Virus record (IMG/VR): IMGVR_UViG_3300032268_000973
Span: 96,001-160,000 of that record
Strand: one strand, 5' to 3'
DNA: 64,000 bases
DNA from: a virus
Under the pieces are notes generated by a model that searched no databases, was not told the DNA's origin, and was given only the letters and a program-made list of their open reading frames with translations. Below are positions 1-6,889 of the stretch, in pieces; the stretch's first letter is position 1; each line of letters starts with the position of its first letter. The translations under genes were made by a program, and so were the position numbers.

Positions 1-1073
1 ATTTCACTGAATACCCTATTCAGTCTTCTTTGAGGATCAAAGATATCATCAAATGAATAATTTATCAAATCGTCATAAAGTTCAAACCCCAATTCTTTGA
101 GTTTCAAATGAGAATGATAATCGCCAACAATTATAAATGGATGACAATTAGCTATTGGTTTGAAAGTTTTTTCTGTCAGGGTCAAGCTCTCATAGTCAAA
201 AGATGTTTCGGTAACTATGGAAAATAAAGTTGTTGAGTAGTGGTCGGAGGTAGTGAATTTAGTATCTGTAAATTTAGTATGTTCTTCTGATTGATCCTCA
301 ATATCCCAATCCAATACTTTGACTGGTAGATTATTAAAATCATCAGTGTAATGAGATAGGTCACATATTTCAGTGTATTCTGAATTAAACCATATATTTT
401 TCCTATCCGATTCAGTCAAAGTTGGTTTTACCAACAAAGAATAAAGTGTATCATTGATAAGTTTTGTTTTCAACAACCACAGTATAAAATATATTCTAAC
501 TTCTCTAGTAACGTTTTTATTGTAAGATAAAAAAAACTTTTCTTTATCTGTTGTAATATATTTTTCAGTTGTTGACAATTCAACCTTATAATTGTGAACA
601 AAAAAATCGTTATCCTTTATTTGATTATAATTTCGAGACAAATCAAAAAGTAGGAATGGTTCTGATATTATAGTTAATTCATCTTCGAATCCCCTTTTAT
701 AAAAATTAGGGGTAATGACTATAACTTGATATTTTTTAAGTCTAAATTCTTTTTTTAGCTCGACTATTACACTATAAAAATCGTTCATGTATAGCCCTTC
801 GTATATATTCGAAAAGACTACTTTGATATTTGGTTTGTTTGATATTTTTTTGAAAACGTTTCTGAAATATTCGATATTATTGTTGATATACGCACCTCCT
901 TGAGGAATATTGTTAGACGAGAATAACCATACGATTTCGTCATCATCAGTTAATTCATATATTCTATTCCTTAATCCATAAATTTCATCTAATTCGGCAA
1001 TCTTACACCAGCCTTTAGGACCATTTGGTATTTGTACTCCTTCGATTGGGGCATTTTCGTAAAAGAATTTCAT
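1..1073 (-). CDS. Partial ORF (runs off left edge), GT10-like/glycan-modifying protein; paralogue of 1070-2320
   Basis: Not in ORF track (no stop in window). ATG at 1073-1071 overlaps the upstream TGA; reads MKFFYENAPIEG...ETSFDYESLTLTEKTFKPIANCHPFIIVG, the same ET/ES..SEK.FKP motif as the neighbour. Confidence 0.6.
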   Translation of the reverse strand, partial: MKFFYENAPIEGVQIPNGPKGWCKIAELDEIYGLRNRIYELTDDDEIVWLFSSNNIPQGGAYINNNIEYFRNVFKKISNKPNIKVVFSNIYEGLYMNDFYSVIVELKKEFRLKKYQVIVITPNFYKRGFEDELTIISEPFLLFDLSRNYNQIKDNDFFVHNYKVELSTTEKYITTDKEKFFLSYNKNVTREVRIYFILWLLKTKLINDTLYSLLVKPTLTESDRKNIWFNSEYTEICDLSHYTDDFNNLPVKVLDWDIEDQSEEHTKFTDTKFTTSDHYSTTLFSIVTETSFDYESLTLTEKTFKPIANCHPFIIVGDYHSHLKLKELGFELYDDLINYSFDDIFDPQRRLNRVFSE

Positions 1074-2320
1074 ATGAGGACTTTTTGTTTACATAAAGAT
1101 AAGAAAAAATTGTCTACTTGTCTTTTGTTCTTATAATCTCTGATGTAATTGTGATTGTGAATCAACTTATCTACATTTTTTTTGTAAAAATTTTTTATTT
1201 CTTCTTTTTTCTCTGACAGTCGTTTTATTTCTTTAACGACCAATTGAAGTCTCTTCATTGTGTTTTTTTCAAAATCATAAGAATGATCTATCAATTCATC
1301 GAAAAGAAACAAATCATGTTCTTTCCTGAAATACTCTACGTGTTTGTGTGACGCAACAAAAATAGGTAATTGAAAATAATAAAATGGTTTAAATGATTTC
1401 TCACTTATATGAATATTTTCTACACCAAAATGAGACTCAGTTATAATGTTAATGTAACTTTGTTGATGACTTTCCGATGAAATATGATTATTTGCGTTAT
1501 AATTTCTGTGGTCATCAAACCAAGTTACTTCTTGTTCATAAAATGATAATTTTCTATTTTTTATTATTTTATCACAAGAACTTATGAATTCGGTTGTGTC
1601 CAATATTTCATCATATTCAAAATTTTCTGATCCCATATTGTAATCATTATTGATACCATAAGTGAATGACCAATCGATAATTTCTGTATTATCTAATAAT
1701 CCTTCCATATCCAACAATGTTAACAGAGCAATTCTGTGGGGTTTAGGTCTACGGTTATGACATAAAAAAGTAAATTTTTTTTCAAAATTGATATCATTGT
1801 AGTCAAATTTGACATTGATATACTTACTCACTAATTCTAGTAAGTAATTAGTTTTGAAAACATTTAAATTTGACGGATATTTGCTTTTAGCTTCATAAAT
1901 TTGTGATGAATTATTCACCAAATAAAAAAGGGATTCTTCAAGATTTTTCCTTCGGATAGTCATAACTAACTTGTTGTAATGATCTTGGATGTCTTTGAAA
2001 CTTTCATGCTCATTGAAAAAAATTACCTTAAGATTTTTGAATCTTATCAAATTTTCTACTTCTTCAGATATTTCCCAATTTTTTCCGTCATATAAGTTCT
2101 CATAAGTGCAATTATGATTTATGAAATAATAAAAAAATTCCTCTGTGGTTACCTCAGAAGGTTTACACATTCTTAACTTTATTTCGGGGGGAGTAAGATT
2201 TAAAAGTGTGGTAGGCATAATCATATACTCTCCCTCCAACCTTCGGTTAAGTTGAATTAAATTCGGGAGTGGTTTCTCATCATCCCATTCGTCGAATACT
2301 AAATTTAAAATATGACCCAT
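1070..2320 (-). CDS. GT10-like/glycan-modifying protein
   Basis: Motif SYINIITESHF...ISEKSFKPF...LPIFVA...IDHSYD resembles the GT10-type C-terminal nucleotide-sugar-binding region. Start moved to the ATG at 2320 (MGHILN). Confidence 0.5.
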   Translation of the reverse strand: MGHILNLVFDEWDDEKPLPNLIQLNRRLEGEYMIMPTTLLNLTPPEIKLRMCKPSEVTTEEFFYYFINHNCTYENLYDGKNWEISEEVENLIRFKNLKVIFFNEHESFKDIQDHYNKLVMTIRRKNLEESLFYLVNNSSQIYEAKSKYPSNLNVFKTNYLLELVSKYINVKFDYNDINFEKKFTFLCHNRRPKPHRIALLTLLDMEGLLDNTEIIDWSFTYGINNDYNMGSENFEYDEILDTTEFISSCDKIIKNRKLSFYEQEVTWFDDHRNYNANNHISSESHQQSYINIITESHFGVENIHISEKSFKPFYYFQLPIFVASHKHVEYFRKEHDLFLFDELIDHSYDFEKNTMKRLQLVVKEIKRLSEKKEEIKNFYKKNVDKLIHNHNYIRDYKNKRQVDNFFLSLCKQKVLI

Positions 2321-2934
2321 TTTCCAGTTCCGTAGTGAGGCCAAACTTTTGAATATTCGTAATAAACTACGTCATCAGGAATATTGGATTTAACACCCCA
2401 AGTCTCAATAGTTGGGGTGTTAGTTGATACTCCATTGTCTTCAACAACAAATGTGATTGGCAAATCAAAGTTTTTGGAATACTTGTAATTTTCCATAAAT
2501 CCACCAGTTTCGAATGACATATCTCCGACAAAACACCAAACCCGACCATCAATATTATCTTTTTTCAATGCCATTGCAACTCCGACAGCAATTGGAATAG
2601 TTCCACCGACTATTGCAGAGGAATAAAAGTTTTCGTTTTTATTCACTAAAGTTATCGATCTTCCTTCAAGAATTTCCGATTCTAACCATTCTTCAGAAAT
2701 TCCCTTCAATAATGCATGATAGTGGGATCTCCAAGTTGAAAATACCCAATCATTTTTTTTGATCCGTTTGAAAATTTCAATCAAGGGGTCTTCATTTCCA
2801 CCACTTAGGTGAATTGGACCTCTAATTTTACCTCCCTCCCAAGAATCGGCAATTTTTCTTTCGAAACCGATTAAGTCCTCTTTCGTAAAGTTATGGTCAT
2901 TGACTATTGGAAATTTTTCTAAATTTTTTATCAT
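2305..2934 (-). CDS. TPP-dependent dehydrogenase E1 alpha-like subunit (short form)
   Basis: GPIHLSGGNE, STWRSHYHAL, SAIVGG, and TPP motif GDMSFETG...VVEDN. Confidence 0.85.
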   Translation of the reverse strand: MIKNLEKFPIVNDHNFTKEDLIGFERKIADSWEGGKIRGPIHLSGGNEDPLIEIFKRIKKNDWVFSTWRSHYHALLKGISEEWLESEILEGRSITLVNKNENFYSSAIVGGTIPIAVGVAMALKKDNIDGRVWCFVGDMSFETGGFMENYKYSKNFDLPITFVVEDNGVSTNTPTIETWGVKSNIPDDVVYYEYSKVWPHYGTGKWVIF

Positions 2935-3476
2935 CTGTCTCTTTTTTGTAAAATTGGTTTATCAGTTGGCCATTCCATTTGATACTCGGGATCGTTCCAT
3001 TTTACAACTCCTTGTTCATCAGCATCGACGTATCCATCCTTGTAAAACAAATTGTAATGGAACATACAATCTGTTAATGCGAAATGACCGTTCGCAAATC
3101 CTGGTGGAACCAATACTTGGTTTCTAAGACTCTCAGTAATTATGAAACTTTCCCAATCCCCAAAGGTAGGAGAATCTTGTCTCATATCCAAAACTACTAA
3201 GTATATGTCCCCCACTGCGGCTTGAACTAATTTCCAAGTTTTATTATCCCAGTGTAATCCTCTCAAAACTCCTTTATAGGATCTCGAGAATCTTCCATGA
3301 ATCGAAAGTTCATTTTTATCATAATGAATATGATTCATTACAGGATGTTCCTCGGTATGAAAAGTTGTCCATATTTCTCCTCTGTATTCTCTGAAGACAG
3401 AAGGTTGAAAAACTGGTACTTCATACCCAAATTTTTTTGATGGGGTGACGATAAACTCGTCCCATTTGTTATTCAT
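2931..3476 (-). CDS. rmlC: dTDP-4-dehydrorhamnose 3,5-epimerase (RmlC-like cupin)
   Basis: FREYRGE, SRSYKGVLRGLH, KLVQ...GDIYLVVLDMRQDSPTFG, VPPGFANGH, WNDP. Confidence 0.9.
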   Translation of the reverse strand: MNNKWDEFIVTPSKKFGYEVPVFQPSVFREYRGEIWTTFHTEEHPVMNHIHYDKNELSIHGRFSRSYKGVLRGLHWDNKTWKLVQAAVGDIYLVVLDMRQDSPTFGDWESFIITESLRNQVLVPPGFANGHFALTDCMFHYNLFYKDGYVDADEQGVVKWNDPEYQMEWPTDKPILQKRDR

Positions 3477-3488
3477 ATAAAGTATTAC

Positions 3489-4460
3489 TTATGTGTTGTT
3501 AGCGTATCCTAAAGGAAATCCGTTTCGAAACTCAGAAATCATTTTTGGTAAAAGCATTTGATATGTTTTTATAAGTTCCCCAATCCCTTCGTTGAGAGAA
3601 TACTCGGGGGACCATCCAGCACTTTCAATTTTTTTATTCGAAACAATGTAGTCTCTCTTATCGGGATCCTCGTAATAATCGGAATAAGAAATTGAGAAAT
3701 CTGGAATGTGTTGTTTGATTATCTGTAATAACTCTTGTTTATTGAGATTAGCATCACTCAAACCAACATTATAAATGTTTTTTTTCATCTTTTCATAGTT
3801 CTCCAATGAGAATAAAAAAACGTTGGCAACATCTTGAATGTGTATAAAATTTCGTTTGAAATGCTTCTCAAAAACAACGATATACTTATCAGTCATTGCC
3901 TTGTAAACAAATTCGTTGACCAATAAATCCGTTCTCATCCTTGGGGAAGATCCGAATACAGTTGCTAGTCTGAAACAAATTGCATCTGTATTTTCCATCA
4001 ACAAATTTTCAGCGGCACACTTAGATTCACCATAAACAGAAATAGGGTTCAAAGGGGAATCTTCGGTGCATTCTGAACTATCCGATCCAATACCGTATCC
4101 ACTATTAGTGTTAGGGAAAAGAATTTTTTTACCTTTATTTTTTGTGAATTCAACAATATTGACAATCTGTTTATAATTTATGTCCCAAGCTGAAATAGGA
4201 TCAGAAGAACAAGCAGGAAATCCCACTAATGCGGCTAATGGAATGATTACCTCATTCTCGTCGCATAATTTTTCTAATAGCTTAACATTTCTAACATCTC
4301 CGTAAACAAAGTTGAAATTTTTATTTGTGACTTGTGGAAGAAGTGAAATTTGATTAAAAATTAACTTATCCAGTACAGTTACTTTATGGCCTTTAGATAA
4401 TAACCTTTCAGTTAGAACCGATCCAAGATAACCTGCACCCCCTGTTATTAGTATTTTCAT
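3489..4460 (-). CDS. NAD-dependent epimerase/dehydratase (extended SDR)
   Basis: ILITGGAGYLGS, YGESK (YxxxK), FRLATVFG, RNFIHIQDVA. Confidence 0.92.
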   Translation of the reverse strand: MKILITGGAGYLGSVLTERLLSKGHKVTVLDKLIFNQISLLPQVTNKNFNFVYGDVRNVKLLEKLCDENEVIIPLAALVGFPACSSDPISAWDINYKQIVNIVEFTKNKGKKILFPNTNSGYGIGSDSSECTEDSPLNPISVYGESKCAAENLLMENTDAICFRLATVFGSSPRMRTDLLVNEFVYKAMTDKYIVVFEKHFKRNFIHIQDVANVFLFSLENYEKMKKNIYNVGLSDANLNKQELLQIIKQHIPDFSISYSDYYEDPDKRDYIVSNKKIESAGWSPEYSLNEGIGELIKTYQMLLPKMISEFRNGFPLGYANNT

Positions 4461-4540
4461 TCTGAAATAATGATTAAATTATCCCGAAAGTCAATTTTTT
4501 TTTCTGAAAAATTGATTATTCTTATAATAGAAGTTTAGAG

Positions 4541-6208
4541 ATGAATATACTTGGAATATCTGCATTTTATCACGATTCATCCGCGTGTCTTTTTAAGGAC
4601 GGGGAATTGGTATTTGCTTGCGAAGAAGAGAAATTTACAGGAATCAAACACGACAGTTCTTTCCCTAGTCAAACTATAAATTACATCTTGGATCATTATG
4701 GGATCAGTTATGATGACATCGATGTTGTGTGTTATTATGAGGACTTAGACTTGAAATTCAAAAGGATCATAGCAAACTTCAAACGAAATTTTTTTAAATC
4801 TCCGAAATATTGTTTTAGATCAATATTCAAATTTTTGGAGACTAAGAAAAAGTTGAAAAAATTCTTAGAACCTTTTAAAGGGAGAATATTTTTTTCTGAA
4901 CATCATTCATCTCACCAGTATTATTCTTTCTTTTCTTCTGAATTCGAGAAGGCAATTTGTTTATCTATTGATGGTGTTGGCGAAATTGATACCTTAACCT
5001 TTGGAGTTGCAAATGGTGAAAATATTTCATACCACAGTTTAGGACAATATCCTCATTCTTTAGGATTATACTATTCGTGTATGACATCGTTCTTGGGATT
5101 TAAACCAAATGAAGGAGAATATAAATTGATGGGTCTAGCTCCATACGGTGATCCTACTTTGTATATAGAAAAAATACGGGAATTGATATCGTTTAAAAAT
5201 GGGGAATTAATTTGTAACATGAATTTATTTTCTTGGGATCAATCGGATAAGTTAATGTTTGGGGAAAAACTTATGGAACACTTATCTATGACACCAAGAA
5301 TGACGGAAGAAGCTATAACACAAGATCACAAAAATTTGGCAGCCTCGGTTCAACTTAGATATGAAGAAGTTTTGTTTGATGTAATTGAACACCTTGAAGT
5401 ATTAGGGTGTCAAAATCTTTGTTTAGGTGGTGGATCTGCATATAACGGAACTGCAAATGGTAAAATAACTTCTAACTCTCTTATCGATAAAATTTGGATT
5501 CCACCTGCACCTTCAGATGCAGGTTCCTGTATAGGGGCTGTTTTGAATTATTTGGTGAATAATAAGATAGTAACAAACAGATTATATAAGAGTCCTTTTC
5601 TTGGACCTAAATACGAATCAGAAATTTTTGTAAAAGGATTAAAGAATTATGAAGTAGAAGAAATTGAGTCCTCACAAAAATTATTCGAAATAGTTGCGAA
5701 AGAAATTTATGAAGGGAAAATTATCGGGTGGTATCGAGACAGAATCGAGTTTGGAGCACGAGCTTTAGGAAACCGATCTATATTAGCGGACCCAACGAGG
5801 TCTGATATGAAATCAAGGATAAACAAAGTAATAAAGAAGAGAGAGGGGTTCAGGCCATTTGCTCCAATGGTTATACAAGAAAAGCAAAAGAAATATTTTG
5901 ATGTAATTGATGATGTACCCTATATGAACCAAATTGTGAAAGTTAAGAAAAAATACTCAAAAAAATTAAGTGCGGTAGTCCATGTTGATGGAACCTCTCG
6001 GATTCAAACTGTGTATAAAGATAATTCAGTTTACAATTTACTCACTGAATTCGAAAAACTTAGTGGAGTACCAGTACTACTCAATACATCATTTAATGTA
6101 AAAGATAAAACTATGGTTTTAACCCCCCAAGACGCTATTGATACATTCGAAGACACGGAATTGGATTTATTAATAATTGATAATTATATTATAAAGAAAC
6201 GTTTATGA
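4541..6208 (+). CDS. Carbamoyltransferase (NodU/CmcH family)
   Basis: ILGISAFYHDSSA, EEEKF..IKHD, EHH.SH, EGEYKLMGLAPYG, EFGARALGNRSILADP, REGFRPFAP, HVDGTSRIQTV, LLNTSFN. Confidence 0.95.
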   Translation: MNILGISAFYHDSSACLFKDGELVFACEEEKFTGIKHDSSFPSQTINYILDHYGISYDDIDVVCYYEDLDLKFKRIIANFKRNFFKSPKYCFRSIFKFLETKKKLKKFLEPFKGRIFFSEHHSSHQYYSFFSSEFEKAICLSIDGVGEIDTLTFGVANGENISYHSLGQYPHSLGLYYSCMTSFLGFKPNEGEYKLMGLAPYGDPTLYIEKIRELISFKNGELICNMNLFSWDQSDKLMFGEKLMEHLSMTPRMTEEAITQDHKNLAASVQLRYEEVLFDVIEHLEVLGCQNLCLGGGSAYNGTANGKITSNSLIDKIWIPPAPSDAGSCIGAVLNYLVNNKIVTNRLYKSPFLGPKYESEIFVKGLKNYEVEEIESSQKLFEIVAKEIYEGKIIGWYRDRIEFGARALGNRSILADPTRSDMKSRINKVIKKREGFRPFAPMVIQEKQKKYFDVIDDVPYMNQIVKVKKKYSKKLSAVVHVDGTSRIQTVYKDNSVYNLLTEFEKLSGVPVLLNTSFNVKDKTMVLTPQDAIDTFEDTELDLLIIDNYIIKKRL

Positions 6209-6321
6209 AAAAGTTAATTTTATGGATCAAAAGTAAAATTTCTGATTACAAAAGAAAAAAAAGATTTAAGAAAAAAATCGAAGAATTGAGGAAAAGAGAC
6301 CCATTTATCTACAATCATTAA
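6205..6321 (+). CDS. Small basic protein, 38 aa (MKKLILWIKSK...KRDPFIYNH)
   Basis: ATGA overlap with the carbamoyltransferase stop; fills the gap to the next gene; below the ORF-track cutoff. Confidence 0.6.
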   Translation: MKKLILWIKSKISDYKRKKRFKKKIEELRKRDPFIYNH

Positions 6322-6326
6322 TTTTT

Positions 6327-6821
6327 ATGAGTCAAGTTTTTTTCACAGATAACGAATGTGATGAGATAATTTCATTATCAACCAAATTAAAAACCCATCA
6401 TTCGAGTGAATGGTGGATGGGGGACAAAACGAGTTATTTTGCTTGGCACATAGAAAAAAATGAGGAAACAAAATGGATATTCGATAGACTTACATTATTT
6501 TTATCTAAAAATACCAATTTCAAACTATTAAAAGATATTGATATGATTCATTTACAAAATGTAAAACAGGGTCATGGGTTCGAACCACATATTGATAAAC
6601 ATAGTGAGTATAACATTGGAGTTTGTTTGAATATCGATTATGAGGGGGGAGAACTGATATGTCATGATTATAAATTATATATCCCCAAAATAAAAGGGCT
6701 TATCTATTCCTTTTATGGAACTCAGTTACATGAAGTAAAGAAAGTTTTATCAGGAGAACGGTGGTCGTTGATCGCATTTCTCGACAATACTATTATTGAA
6801 AGAAAAAAAGGTCTTATTTGA
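6327..6821 (+). CDS. 2OG-Fe(II) oxygenase (P4H-like)
   Basis: HID (HxD), LNIDYEGGEL, HEV, RWSL. Confidence 0.85.
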   Translation: MSQVFFTDNECDEIISLSTKLKTHHSSEWWMGDKTSYFAWHIEKNEETKWIFDRLTLFLSKNTNFKLLKDIDMIHLQNVKQGHGFEPHIDKHSEYNIGVCLNIDYEGGELICHDYKLYIPKIKGLIYSFYGTQLHEVKKVLSGERWSLIAFLDNTIIERKKGLI

Positions 6822-6869
6822 CCATAACAATTATCAAATATCAAACAACGGGGATTAAATCTTTCCAGA

Positions 6870-6876
6870 TATTTAT
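6870..6876 (+). promoter_or_regulatory. Putative phage late promoter TATTTAT (Hint gene)
   Basis: Same motif at 22188, 32214, 46124, 50069, 56100 and 62530 (+) and at 22109, 62240 and 62491 (-), each shortly upstream of a start codon. Confidence 0.55.
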
Positions 6877-6889
6877 CTAAAAAAACATA

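Noticed and set aside
2305-2934. Auxiliary metabolic pyruvate dehydrogenase
   Set aside because: Truncated relative to PDH alpha, no E2/E3 nearby, embedded in a sugar operon.
4491-4515. Inverted repeat TCAATTTTT...AAAAATTGA between divergent operons
   Set aside because: Almost entirely A/T homopolymer; could be an operator but is indistinguishable from chance.
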